Positions 1 to 8,635 of a DNA stretch of 57,826 bases are shown here, one piece after another. How positions within the stretch are numbered: the first letter of the stretch is position 1; each line of letters opens with the position of its first letter. The notes under the pieces are model-generated. The model made no database searches and was not told where the DNA came from. It saw nothing but the letters and a program-made list of their open reading frames with translations. Made by a program: the position numbers and the translations under genes. The DNA comes from a virus (taxonomy: Duplodnaviria; Caudoviricetes), in the IMG/VR virus record IMGVR_UViG_3300006104_000001, positions 1 to 57,826 of that record; one strand, given 5' to 3'.

Positions 1-120
1 GAACCATGAATTTAGGTTTCTCTGTAGATTTGTCATGTTTTCTGTAATGTCTTCACTGAAACTATTGGATTTTTTAGGACTCTGGGGCACACTAGGCACA
101 CTATGGCATCCCTGTTTAAG
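1..120. repeat. Terminal direct repeat, left copy (circular assembly overlap)
   Basis: 1-120 is identical to 57707-57826; unit genome about 57,706 bp. Confidence 0.95.
86..103 (+). promoter_or_regulatory. Tandem GGCACACTA repeats, putative integrase arm-type sites
   Basis: GGCACACTA at 86-94 and 95-103 (last A is the int ATG); two more GGCACACT copies at 57642-57662 on the other side of the attP core. Confidence 0.6.
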
Positions 121-1236
121 AGAGATCGCAGTCCCTACTGGTGGATTAAATACTACGACGACACCGGAAGGTTGATCCGAGAATCTACCAACCGACGATG
201 GGACTCCGTTCAAGAGACTCGTGACGCCAGAAAGATTCGAGCCGCCAAGGAAATGATTGAGCAAAGTGGAGATCACTCGAACCGATCCGGAAAAGCGTTC
301 TCTTCCTGGGTGCAGGGGTGGCTCGATCAGATCCACAAGAATAAGGAAGAAACCCTTGAGGTTTATACAGGAGCTTGGAAAAACATTTCCGAGTTTTTTG
401 AGATCCAAGGAGTTCGATCTGCCGCTGATGTTACCCGAAACCATGCTTTCCAATACCTTGATTGGAGAACCGGCATGGGGAACAAAAACGATTTCAAAAG
501 CAAAAAGGCCAGAAAGGTTTGCCGTAATACCGCTATTGCCGATCTCAGGTTGCTCCGAAAAGTAATGTACGAGGCCTATAATCGAGAATGGATTGACCGA
601 AACCCGATTGCAAAACTTGGCATTGAAAGGGACATTCCAAAACCCAAGCCTGTCATTACTGATGATGAGCGTGCCATCGTTGAGGGAACTTTTACCGGCT
701 TTCCGGACTGGAAAGAGATCTCTTGGACTATTGCCATCAATCAGGGATGTAGGTTGAAGGAAACCTCCCTTCCCATTGCTGACGTTGATTTCGATAACAA
801 CCTCATCACATTTACTCTGAAGGGAGGGAAACGCCACACCACTAAACTGATGCCGTCCGTAAAATCGCTTCTTCTTCGTTTGAAAAAAGAAGGACTCACC
901 CATACCTGGAAGTTTCATCGCCTTGCCTCTAGGGACTGGTCGCGTATTTTCTCCGGCCTTGGGCTGAAATTCAGTTTTCACAGCACCAGAGTAACTGTGA
1001 TCACTAAACTCGCACGCGCCGGAGTGAATGAACAAATGGCTCGACGATTCATCGGGCACGCTTCTAGTGAAATTCATTCTATTTACCAGAGGCTTGAAGC
1101 TGACGATCTCGATTCTTGTGTTCTGGCGCTTTCCCCCTCTTTGAGTGTGGAACGGCCAGGTAAGGGTACGCTTGGGCAACCCGAAACCCTCCCGAAGAAG
1201 AAGCTCGGTCGGCCAGCCAAGACAAGGCGTGTTTAA
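103..1236 (+). CDS. int: Tyrosine recombinase / phage integrase
   Basis: N-terminal arm-binding-like YWWIKYYD, catalytic R (QGCRLKE), HxxR (FHSTR), GH (FIGH) and Y (IHSIY); adjacent to tRNA-derived attP. Confidence 0.93.
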   Translation: MASLFKRDRSPYWWIKYYDDTGRLIRESTNRRWDSVQETRDARKIRAAKEMIEQSGDHSNRSGKAFSSWVQGWLDQIHKNKEETLEVYTGAWKNISEFFEIQGVRSAADVTRNHAFQYLDWRTGMGNKNDFKSKKARKVCRNTAIADLRLLRKVMYEAYNREWIDRNPIAKLGIERDIPKPKPVITDDERAIVEGTFTGFPDWKEISWTIAINQGCRLKETSLPIADVDFDNNLITFTLKGGKRHTTKLMPSVKSLLLRLKKEGLTHTWKFHRLASRDWSRIFSGLGLKFSFHSTRVTVITKLARAGVNEQMARRFIGHASSEIHSIYQRLEADDLDSCVLALSPSLSVERPGKGTLGQPETLPKKKLGRPAKTRRV

Positions 1237-1354
1237 GCGTCGTCTTGGTGCCGAACTTCATCGAGTACCCGCATCTGATCATCGCGGAGACATAATTAGG
1301 GGATCTCCCTATTGCCTCTGCCAATGACTGCTTATTCAATAATGCTTGGGGCAT
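1079..1354 (-). CDS. Small HTH protein, possible excisionase
   Basis: LLNKQSLAEAIGRSPNYVSAM HTH-like pattern; last gene of leftward operon, convergent with and overlapping int. Confidence 0.5.
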   Translation of the reverse strand: MPQALLNKQSLAEAIGRSPNYVSAMIRCGYSMKFGTKTTLKHALSWLADRASSSGGFRVAQAYPYLAVPHSKRGKAPEHKNRDRQLQASGK

Positions 1355-1556
1355 CGTGCTTCTCCTCTTGGATCTGCTTGGTGATGGCGATACGCGACAA
1401 GGTGGCTTTCATGCACTCGCGGATATAATTATGCCGGAGACCCGACATAAATGCGTGCTTCACCCGATCTTCCGTTGATGGAACAGAGTTATCTTCGTTC
1501 AGGAAACGGATGCCTTCCGACTTCCACCAATCTTCATATACTTCTTCAGGTGTCAT
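1332..1556 (-). CDS. Hypothetical phage protein
   Basis: Part of an overlap-coupled leftward operon. Confidence 0.6.
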   Translation of the reverse strand: MTPEEVYEDWWKSEGIRFLNEDNSVPSTEDRVKHAFMSGLRHNYIRECMKATLSRIAITKQIQEEKHDAPSIIE

Positions 1557-1762
1557 TTTATTTTACTAATTGCGTGCCGCAATTTGCGGAACTTTGCTCG
1601 GTTTTTTGATGTGTTTTTTAGTGATCCAGTGTTCGGATCTACTTTGTAAGTAGTTCCATCCTGCATCCTGATAAGCTGATCAGGTCGCTCGATGGGGTGG
1701 ATTTTCATGGCACGCGATAGCATCCATGTATCTTGTTTCTTGAGAAATTTAGGACGGATCAT
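1553..1762 (-). CDS. Hypothetical basic protein
   Basis: ATGA overlaps with both neighbours. Confidence 0.6.
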   Translation of the reverse strand: MIRPKFLKKQDTWMLSRAMKIHPIERPDQLIRMQDGTTYKVDPNTGSLKNTSKNRAKFRKLRHAISKIK

Positions 1763-2004
1763 GATGTGTATTCCTCTTTATTCATCTGCATAAGCATTGC
1801 GTCTGCATACTCATAAGCCAGAGAAGCAACAATTTTTGAGAAGGGTTGGTTATGACTCGAAATAATCCCCTGCATGGCAAATGCCGCAAAGTAATACCGC
1901 TTTGTAACCCCAGGTAAAAGGTAAGTGTAAGTCATAGGACCCGCTGGGGTTTCTACTCTTTTTGGCATAGGCCACGCAGGGCCTCCGTTGATTGTGTCGC
2001 TCAT
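1759..2004 (-). CDS. Conserved small phage protein (GGPAFP / RDYFAAxAMQG type)
   Basis: NGGPAWP...GVTKRYYFAAFAMQG...AYEYADAML pattern, common in phage early regions. Confidence 0.75.
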   Translation of the reverse strand: MSDTINGGPAWPMPKRVETPAGPMTYTYLLPGVTKRYYFAAFAMQGIISSHNQPFSKIVASLAYEYADAMLMQMNKEEYTS

Positions 2005-2837
2005 GCCGATACCTCCGCGAGTTGGTTAAGTTTCCACTTGGGAAGACTGATAACCTCTACCTCTGAAGAATATGCAGGCCATTCATCAAAACTCATGCAC
2101 TCTGCCAGAAGTGTAAGATTTTTTCGGTACTGCTGGCGTCCGGCTTCGATGCTTTCTGCATCGAGTTGATAGACGGCAACTGCATAGGGAGGCTCTTTCT
2201 CCACAACTAGGAATACAAAAGCCTCCTTGGGCATACCTACTAATGAAGCCAGATCGAGATAAAATGCCGCCTGAACATCATACCGGAAATTGGCTACCGC
2301 CTTGGCAAACTCTGCCTTCCCCCCGGCTCCCTTGGCACAGGTCTTGACATCAATGATGGCATTTCCTTTTGAGATCAAATCCGGCCTTCCCCTGAGACGC
2401 ACCCCACTTTCATGAGTTGCGTAGAGAGATGCCTCGATAAGTCCACCTGCTTTCAGTGCGGCAGATCCGCTCCTGTGGGCGAACACTGCCTCTTTCATGC
2501 CTTGGATATTCTGCAAATCGCTTGGTTTCACGACAATCTTGCCCTGATCCCTTGCGGCGGTTTCTACAGATTCCCAAGCGGCCTTTCCATCTTTGGTGCG
2601 ACGATCTGCATCTGGAGCTATGATATACGACTCTTCAAACCGATCCGGTTCGAGGACTGCCGTATGGACAAGTGTTCCGATCTTCATGGCTGGAGTTGCC
2701 TCTTCACGAGGAGCGGATTTAGCGGCCTGATAGTGTGCTGGGCTGATATTGACCAGATCTAGGTCATGCTTGGATACTCCGGCGCTTGCGAAATATTGCT
2801 CTGCTGGTTGATTTTCAATGATTTCTGGATTGCTCAT
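2001..2837 (-). CDS. RecE / exonuclease VIII-like PD-(D/E)xK nuclease (DUF3799-like)
   Basis: GTLVHTAVLEP, RGRPD, IIDVKT and YDVQAAFY motifs; next to RecT-like gene. Confidence 0.88.
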   Translation of the reverse strand: MSNPEIIENQPAEQYFASAGVSKHDLDLVNISPAHYQAAKSAPREEATPAMKIGTLVHTAVLEPDRFEESYIIAPDADRRTKDGKAAWESVETAARDQGKIVVKPSDLQNIQGMKEAVFAHRSGSAALKAGGLIEASLYATHESGVRLRGRPDLISKGNAIIDVKTCAKGAGGKAEFAKAVANFRYDVQAAFYLDLASLVGMPKEAFVFLVVEKEPPYAVAVYQLDAESIEAGRQQYRKNLTLLAECMSFDEWPAYSSEVEVISLPKWKLNQLAEVSA

Positions 2838-2989
2838 TGTTTTGTAGTGATGTGTTTGACGACACAGTTGAGGATTAGTGTTTGAAGACTCACGCTTTGC
2901 TTTTGGGCGTGTTCATTGAGTGATTCCAAAACCCACCCAGGGATTTTGATTGAAATGGTCTCGTCCTTTGAGGCGGCAGGATTACTCAT
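2834..2989 (-). CDS. 51-aa ribbon-helix-helix-like protein (not in ORF track)
   Basis: Hand translation MSNPAASKDETISIKIPGWVLESLNEHAQKQSVSLQTLILNCVVKHITTKQ; overlaps both neighbours; alternating strand followed by two helices. Confidence 0.65.
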   Translation of the reverse strand: MSNPAASKDETISIKIPGWVLESLNEHAQKQSVSLQTLILNCVVKHITTKQ

Positions 2990-3923
2990 TGGTCGATTCC
3001 TTTTTGTTCATAAAGCTCTTAACCTTTTCCCAGTTAAGGAGAGTGTATTGAAGATCCTCTACAGGAACTTGATTCAGCATCGTGGCATCCTTTGGTGCCA
3101 GATCGTTATTCTTTAACACCTCTAGCAGGGTCTCCTTCGGGATGTTGTCCTCTTCCAACTTGACCTTAATTCCCTCTGCGATCTCCTTCTTGGTCATAGA
3201 TACCGGAGGCTCTGCAATGATGTTCTCCTTTTCAGAAACAACTTCGACATAAAGCATATCATGCTTAACGTCCCTTTCCGGAGACTCAAAAGAAACATTC
3301 GAGGCCTTGGGAGATTTGCGTGATCGGTCGCCCACATCGACAACTTCCTCCACGGATTGCATACCCATGAGAATGTCCGGAGCGTAAAGACGGCCAAAAA
3401 ACGCCGCCGCACGATAGCGAAGCATCAGATCCGGCATGGTTTTCCATTTGGATCCCGACTTGCTGTGCCATCCTTCGGCTTTTGCCATCGAAATAGTCAC
3501 CGGAGGACCATCAAGGCGATCTCCACTGGATTTATCGTATGCCCATGCAAGGCAGGTTTTGTCATCCCCTTCCCCTGTTACATCAAAACGTAATGGGGAA
3601 AACCGACCGCAGGAATTGAGTGCGGCAATAATGAACTGGCTCGACCAGGCCGGCCTTCCATGAATGACATTTAGGTTTTGCATCACCATGAGTGGGGATG
3701 CCTGTAGTCGCTGGGAGATTTCCAGCGCGATCATAGCGCTACCAATGTTCGCATCACCTTGAAATGTGGTGGGAACTAGGTTGCTACTTGTTAGGGCGCG
3801 AGCCATGCGTTGTGCCAACTCAAATGAGGAGGCATTGGCAAAAGCCGTGTTACTTTGCTGTTGGATCATGGCCGGTGCCGATGGGGCAAGAGCCAGAGCG
3901 GTTTCTTCTGGATTGTTTGTCAT
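2982..3923 (-). CDS. RecT/Redbeta-like single-strand annealing protein
   Basis: SPLMVMQNLNVIHGRP and KWKTMPDLMLRYRAAAFFGRLYAPDILMG motifs; paired with RecE-like nuclease. Confidence 0.82.
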   Translation of the reverse strand: MTNNPEETALALAPSAPAMIQQQSNTAFANASSFELAQRMARALTSSNLVPTTFQGDANIGSAMIALEISQRLQASPLMVMQNLNVIHGRPAWSSQFIIAALNSCGRFSPLRFDVTGEGDDKTCLAWAYDKSSGDRLDGPPVTISMAKAEGWHSKSGSKWKTMPDLMLRYRAAAFFGRLYAPDILMGMQSVEEVVDVGDRSRKSPKASNVSFESPERDVKHDMLYVEVVSEKENIIAEPPVSMTKKEIAEGIKVKLEEDNIPKETLLEVLKNNDLAPKDATMLNQVPVEDLQYTLLNWEKVKSFMNKKESTNE

Positions 3924-3944
3924 GTGTGGTGGGTTTTTGTCTGC

Positions 3945-4031
3945 TTACTTGTCCTGGTTGATCTGCAAATGCAGTCCAACCAAAAGTCCTAAAAGGAAAA
4001 TCAAAAGTAGGAATCCGACGAAAGTATCCAT
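3945..4031 (-). CDS. 28-aa single-pass membrane peptide (not in ORF track)
   Basis: Hand translation MDTFVGFLLLIFLLGLLVGLHLQINQDK; starts just after the upstream stop. Confidence 0.45.
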   Translation of the reverse strand: MDTFVGFLLLIFLLGLLVGLHLQINQDK

Positions 4032-4032
4032 G

Positions 4033-4311
4033 CTACTCGGTGGTAGATTCTGGATAATCCTCTGGAAACTCCTCTTTCAGGAGGCGATGAAGCCCACGAA
4101 GGGCATTCTTTGCGGCGGCAAGGTTGGATGCCTCCGTGATGATAAATGTTGTCTCGATAATCAGGATCCACCGGAGAATTTCGCTGGGGGGTTCATAGGC
4201 ATTGAGCTTCGAGAAATAAAGAAGCACAGGGAGACGGATTTTTTTATAGACGGACGATCTAACCGACTTGGCGAGATCGTTGATTTCCTGACGAGTTATT
4301 TTTTTGCTCAT
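4033..4311 (-). CDS. Hypothetical protein
   Basis: ATGA-coupled to upstream RHH gene. Confidence 0.6.
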   Translation of the reverse strand: MSKKITRQEINDLAKSVRSSVYKKIRLPVLLYFSKLNAYEPPSEILRWILIIETTFIITEASNLAAAKNALRGLHRLLKEEFPEDYPESTTE

Positions 4312-4487
4312 GGGGTTGTGGTGGTGGGTTCGGGGGTATATGAACTTGCTTCATCGATCAGGAATGAAACCAATCTGCTGATGGAGATTCCGTTTTTCAG
4401 TGCAAGTTCATAAGCCCTTTTCTTGGTCTCTTTTTCGATGACAAGCGTGATCTGCTCTGGGTCTTTGAGTGTTTTGGGTCTTGCCAT
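4308..4487 (-). CDS. 59-aa ribbon-helix-helix protein, first gene of leftward operon (not in ORF track)
   Basis: Hand translation MARPKTLKDPEQITLVIEKETKKRAYELALKNGISISRLVSFLIDEASS...; Arc/CopG-like pattern. Confidence 0.72.
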   Translation of the reverse strand: MARPKTLKDPEQITLVIEKETKKRAYELALKNGISISRLVSFLIDEASSYTPEPTTTTP

Positions 4488-4588
4488 GCCTCGGATTTAC
4501 CACTGGTTTTCCACATCATCAACACTTTTTTTGTCTGTAGTACGAAAAAAAAGTTGCGCCCTGTTGGTTATACAAGTATTTTGCACTT
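4488..4588. promoter_or_regulatory. Divergent control region (candidate lysis-lysogeny switch)
   Basis: 101-bp gap between divergent RHH genes; minus-strand TTGATG-17-TAAATC ends 6 nt before the ATG; imperfect inverted T-tract/A-tract in the middle. Confidence 0.55.
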
Positions 4589-4786
4589 GTGAAACCGCAC
4601 AAGAAACCCGACCTTAACAAGGTCAATGTGACTTTAACGATAGGTCCCAAGCTCTCTGCAGCATCAAAGCTCTACGCAAGGGAGAATGAAATGTCTTTCA
4701 GTGAACTGGTAGCCCTGCTGTTAAGGCGTGAATTGGCAACACCATCTATATCCGTCTCTCCCCCGAAACCCCCAACAGACGTTTAA
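4589..4786 (+). CDS. Ribbon-helix-helix protein (repressor candidate)
   Basis: VNVTLTIGPKLSAASKLYARENEMSFSELVALLLRREL, RHH pattern; GTG start. Confidence 0.7.
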   Translation: MKPHKKPDLNKVNVTLTIGPKLSAASKLYARENEMSFSELVALLLRRELATPSISVSPPKPPTDV

Positions 4787-4813
4787 CAAAATAACACGGA
4801 AATAATACATAAA

Positions 4814-5389
4814 ATGACACTTGCAGATTACCTTCGGGAGTTACGAGCACATAGCTTTCCCTATCCCAAGCTGGGTAAGGCCGCGATCCAATCCGCTTCG
4901 TCAGAACAATTAGAAAAGTGGCTTGCCGAGAGAAATCAATCTCCCGGCAAAAACATGGATGTTTCCGAAATGCGTCGGGCGCTCAGTCGTTTTGATTCCA
5001 AAATGAAGCCAATGACCCAGCGCGAGATTGCTGATAAGGCCGGTGTCAGTCTTTTTCTGATCAATAAGGTGTTCACGAGCGGGAAAAAGATCAGAGGAAC
5101 CGGACTCAAGCAGATTCTTCGTGCCCTAGGATGTGAACCAAACTCACAGAACTACAGGAAAGCTCTTTCCATCTGGGCAAATGAAAGCGGAATGCAGGTA
5201 GATCTTGAGGATGTTGATGATCTCGTGAGTGAAAAGCAGGGTGAACTTTCGGTCTGGTGGAGGAGGGTATCCCCTCACCTAGTCAAGATGAGTAAGGATG
5301 AGAGGGAACAGATCGCGCTGATGATGACAAGGCCTTCGGTGATCGCGGCTTTGCCTTCATTGAATGCTGTTTTTGACTCAAAGCGGTAA
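4814..5389 (+). CDS. XRE-family HTH regulator
   Basis: MTQREIADKAGVSLFLINKVFTSGK...LKQILRALG; no S24 peptidase domain seen. Confidence 0.7.
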   Translation: MTLADYLRELRAHSFPYPKLGKAAIQSASSEQLEKWLAERNQSPGKNMDVSEMRRALSRFDSKMKPMTQREIADKAGVSLFLINKVFTSGKKIRGTGLKQILRALGCEPNSQNYRKALSIWANESGMQVDLEDVDDLVSEKQGELSVWWRRVSPHLVKMSKDEREQIALMMTRPSVIAALPSLNAVFDSKR

Positions 5390-5732
5390 ATGCTCTCTTG
5401 GTCAAATGGTCAATGATGTGGGCGAGTAGTTCGTTTTTCTCATTGTTTTCCTCAATGCCGTGAGCGTGACGGATGAAGCTGGCCGCATGGGTTAACTCAT
5501 GTACCAGAACGTGCCTGTCATAGTCATTGTTCCTCCATCGCTTCAGGAATACCAAAGCACCCTTTTTTTCAGTATAAACACAGGATCCAAGTACCCCATA
5601 CTTATCAGGAATTAGCTCCACATCCTTGATTTTCTTTTTCTCAAGCCACTTTTCGACCTCGGCCTTGGAGTAAGGCCAGAATATCCAGCACCGATCATTG
5701 ATGAGAGGCACCCTGATATTGAGGATATTCAT
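5283..5732 (-). CDS. Zincin-like metallopeptidase (HExxH)
   Basis: VLVHELTHA plus downstream NELLAH; likely start is M at 5732. Confidence 0.7.
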   Translation of the reverse strand: MNILNIRVPLINDRCWIFWPYSKAEVEKWLEKKKIKDVELIPDKYGVLGSCVYTEKKGALVFLKRWRNNDYDRHVLVHELTHAASFIRHAHGIEENNEKNELLAHIIDHLTKRAFTALSQKQHSMKAKPRSPKALSSSARSVPSHPYSS

Positions 5733-5734
5733 GG

Positions 5735-6730
5735 CTACAGGACTTTTCCGTTGAGAATCCTTTTGTTTTCCACCTCGAACCACCCTTCCCCGCGTTCAAC
5801 AACGGCAAAACCGGCGTTCCACTTATTGATGGGCATATATCGAGGGTGAAGATCGCAGAGGCACCCTACCGACCAGGTAGTGATCATCTTTTTTTGAATC
5901 GTGCTCTCTGTGTGTTCACTGGTTTGGTGATGATGCCCAACTAGGGAATTGGCCTTTGCCCGGAGGAATAGTCCCCTCGCCGCGTTGACAGGCCCGATCA
6001 AGGGTGTCGCATACTCATGGCCGTGCAGGATCGTCAGATCTTCTACTTCGATGAGTTGTTTTTCAGTAATGTATCCGATCCCACGACTCGAAAAACTCAA
6101 AAGGTGAGGAATGCGAAACTCCGGAATATCCAGAAGTTCGGGCGCTTTTACACGCAGGAGACTTTGAAGACGCTCATCGTGATTTCCATCCTTCCAAAAA
6201 ATCTTTGCCTTTGGGAAATTCTCTGCGAGGTAATCTAAAAACTGCCTAGCGGCCTTGAGTTCTTCATGGGTTTTACGCTCCCTGGGATCCTTTTCAAACC
6301 TGCTGAGTTGATAAAAATCCAAGGTATCTCCATTGAGCAGGATCGTATCGACCTTGCGTTTTTTTAGGTAAGTGATTGCGGCCTTGAGTGCGGTGTTGCA
6401 ATGAAAGGGAAGATGAATGTCATTGAGGATTCCGATCTTGTTTCCTTCGAGCAGGAAAGGTTCCCATTTTCTCTTGTACGAAGTGGGAAGTTTTGTTGGT
6501 TCGCAAGGCTTTCCGGCGGGTTTGAACAGATTTTTGTCCTTTGCATTTGACCTGCATAACTGACCCCGATTCCCACGGAAATACCTGATCGAGTTCCTGC
6601 ACCCTTCTAGGTTCACCCATAATTCGGGATGTTCTGCATATAGTTTTTTTGCAAGAGAAAGAGACGGAGTATCGGGAAACCTTTTAACTGCCTCCCTGAC
6701 TACTGGTGTTCCTGCAGAATTGTTATTCAT
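5735..6730 (-). CDS. Calcineurin-like metallophosphoesterase
   Basis: DIH, GDTLD, GNHD, HGH and GHHH motifs. Confidence 0.88.
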   Translation of the reverse strand: MNNNSAGTPVVREAVKRFPDTPSLSLAKKLYAEHPELWVNLEGCRNSIRYFRGNRGQLCRSNAKDKNLFKPAGKPCEPTKLPTSYKRKWEPFLLEGNKIGILNDIHLPFHCNTALKAAITYLKKRKVDTILLNGDTLDFYQLSRFEKDPRERKTHEELKAARQFLDYLAENFPKAKIFWKDGNHDERLQSLLRVKAPELLDIPEFRIPHLLSFSSRGIGYITEKQLIEVEDLTILHGHEYATPLIGPVNAARGLFLRAKANSLVGHHHQTSEHTESTIQKKMITTWSVGCLCDLHPRYMPINKWNAGFAVVERGEGWFEVENKRILNGKVL

Positions 6731-7050
6731 GGATGTAATGGTTTTTTCCCTGGACGAGTCCTTGGGGGATGTGCCCCCGCAAGTTCCTCTAGGATAATTG
6801 CCGCGTGTTCTAGCGAGATGGACTTCTCTTTCATCATTTGCGCTAGGGTTGAGATGGATTGAAGGCGGTGGCAGAGATGGTGAAGGTACGATGCAGAATC
6901 AATCACCTCGTCATGAAGTTGCTGGGCAAACCATCCGCACCCACCAGTCCAGAGTCCTCCCCCATGTTCTCTAACGCCTTTGCGGTATTTTTCTACTCCA
7001 TCGGAGGAAAATTTATCAAATATCTCTTGGGCGTCTTGTTCGGGGTTCAT
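6727..7050 (-). CDS. Small helical protein, possibly MazG-like nucleotide pyrophosphohydrolase
   Basis: GVEKY...QQLHDEVIDSASYL acidic helix pattern. Confidence 0.4.
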   Translation of the reverse strand: MNPEQDAQEIFDKFSSDGVEKYRKGVREHGGGLWTGGCGWFAQQLHDEVIDSASYLHHLCHRLQSISTLAQMMKEKSISLEHAAIILEELAGAHPPRTRPGKKPLHP

Positions 7051-7051
7051 A

Positions 7052-7657
7052 TCAGGTTAGTGGCTGTAGTTGGTATCCGTCTGCTTGTTGGTTAGGGTAG
7101 AAAGAATATAAAAACCGTACTTCTGATGACCCACCGGATTTTGCTGAAGGATCAATACCTAGGAGAGATGCGGCTCGGATGCTAATTTCACCTAGCTTTC
7201 TTGCGGGTCCTGTATCTGCAACCACGGCCTCAACCAAAATTCCAGAAATGGTATCCTTGATGGTGCATCGAGATCCCAGAACAACACCCTTACAGGCCTT
7301 TGCTATAGCCCTATTAATGACGACATAAGAAACATTTTCTGAATCAACATATCTTGCTGGATCACTGGTAGCACACTGCTTGTGTTGAAGCGTTGTTGTT
7401 GAAATATAATACCCAGGAGCGGGATCGTTTTCTCCTTGGATGACTGGGTATCCATCATCATCTGTCACGATACCGCACCAGCGGTCTCCATCTTCTGCAT
7501 TGATTAGATAATCAAGCGTAGGCAAACCCGATTTAGTTGGCGCGTAAGCCCTTGGAGATCCATCGGCATCTACATCCGCTCTACCCATATAGGAGAAAGT
7601 CAGATCCTCGTTCTGGAAAACATCCTGTCCTTGGATGGTAGCGATTAAAGTCTTCAT
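7052..7657 (-). CDS. GH75 (chitosanase-like) hydrolase, candidate endolysin
   Basis: DVDADG, YVDSENVSYVVI, AVVADTGP and LGEISIRAASLLG motifs; directly after holin-like genes. Confidence 0.72.
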   Translation of the reverse strand: MKTLIATIQGQDVFQNEDLTFSYMGRADVDADGSPRAYAPTKSGLPTLDYLINAEDGDRWCGIVTDDDGYPVIQGENDPAPGYYISTTTLQHKQCATSDPARYVDSENVSYVVINRAIAKACKGVVLGSRCTIKDTISGILVEAVVADTGPARKLGEISIRAASLLGIDPSAKSGGSSEVRFLYSFYPNQQADGYQLQPLT

Positions 7658-7950
7658 GACTGAGATGACGTCAATGGTGTAATCGGAGGTGTGGGTTCGA
7701 TTCCTTTCTGTACCAATTTACTACCCCGATTAATGGTAAACCATCCGGCCAGGACTGTTCCAAGGGGAACAGGATTAAATGGGTTTTTAGGGTCATGGAA
7801 ATGAGATCCCAGAGTCACTGCTACCAAAGCAGTTATGCAAATTCCTAAAATGACCTCATGAAACCAGAATGGAGGACGAAGCGACGAAGGAGTTCCATCC
7901 GACTCACTAAGAGCGCGACGTATCCAGTCGATTGCTCCGGTGATGCTCAT
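7654..7950 (-). CDS. Holin-like membrane protein
   Basis: 98 aa with two hydrophobic segments; LSESDGTPSSLR N-terminal motif; upstream of the hydrolase. Confidence 0.6.
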   Translation of the reverse strand: MSITGAIDWIRRALSESDGTPSSLRPPFWFHEVILGICITALVAVTLGSHFHDPKNPFNPVPLGTVLAGWFTINRGSKLVQKGIEPTPPITPLTSSQS

Positions 7951-8426
7951 TTTAATGATTCCCTAGCGTGATGGATCCATCTTACGGACTGATCCCATGA
8001 AGGAATTGTAGGGATCACTTTTCCAATTATATCTAGGAAATGGTTAAGAACCCACATCCCGGAAAATAGACAAAGTGCAAAAAGAATCATGCTAAAAACC
8101 CACCCCTCTAGGGATGGGAAGTTTTTTAGAACTTGCCCTGCCAAGATAGGCCAGATCCAGAGAGAAAAAAACAAAGCACCTATTTCTACAATCACTTCGG
8201 TTCGGTGTTCCCAAAGATCACCACGAGCCGCCTGTTTAGCGTCATCGGCTTGCCACCAATCTCGTTGTCCCTCTACTTTCAGATAATCTGCTTGGGCATG
8301 GTTAAGTTCGTCTTTTTGCTGTGCTGAAAGTTGCTCTATTCCTCGTATAAGTGCGAGTTGACGATCAGATAACTGGCCGGCCACTGCAAAAGCACACATT
8401 AAAAAAAATAAAAGTATGGTTTTCAT
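7947..8426 (-). CDS. Membrane protein with signal peptide, coiled coil and two TM segments (spanin-like?)
   Basis: MKTILLFFLMCAFAVAG, coiled coil, two hydrophobic helices; lysis-cassette position. Confidence 0.5.
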   Translation of the reverse strand: MKTILLFFLMCAFAVAGQLSDRQLALIRGIEQLSAQQKDELNHAQADYLKVEGQRDWWQADDAKQAARGDLWEHRTEVIVEIGALFFSLWIWPILAGQVLKNFPSLEGWVFSMILFALCLFSGMWVLNHFLDIIGKVIPTIPSWDQSVRWIHHARESLK

Positions 8427-8635
8427 CGCGAATGTTCCAGGAGGATTGCTTTGTTTTCAATCTGATCATTGATGCCGGATGCACCTTGTATGTAAGTGTC
8501 TGGGGAAGAATTATGTAAATGTGAGCGAGGATCAGATGCACATCCGGTGATTGAACCAAGGATAAGTAGGAAAAGGATTGCGAAATAGATGATCATAAGG
8601 GCACCTGCTGTGATTTCTTTTGCGTAGGGTTTCAC
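8423..8635 (-). CDS. Small lipoprotein (o-spanin-like?)
   Basis: Hydrophobic signal then ITGC lipobox. Confidence 0.55.
   Translation of the reverse strand: MKPYAKEITAGALMIIYFAILFLLILGSITGCASDPRSHLHNSSPDTYIQGASGINDQIENKAILLEHSR

Noticed and set aside
1-120. Biological terminal repeat of a linear virion genome
   Set aside because: It starts inside the attP core and ends inside int; more consistent with assembler overlap of a circle
3766-4413. 215-aa plus-strand ORF
   Set aside because: Antisense to a tightly coupled minus-strand operon
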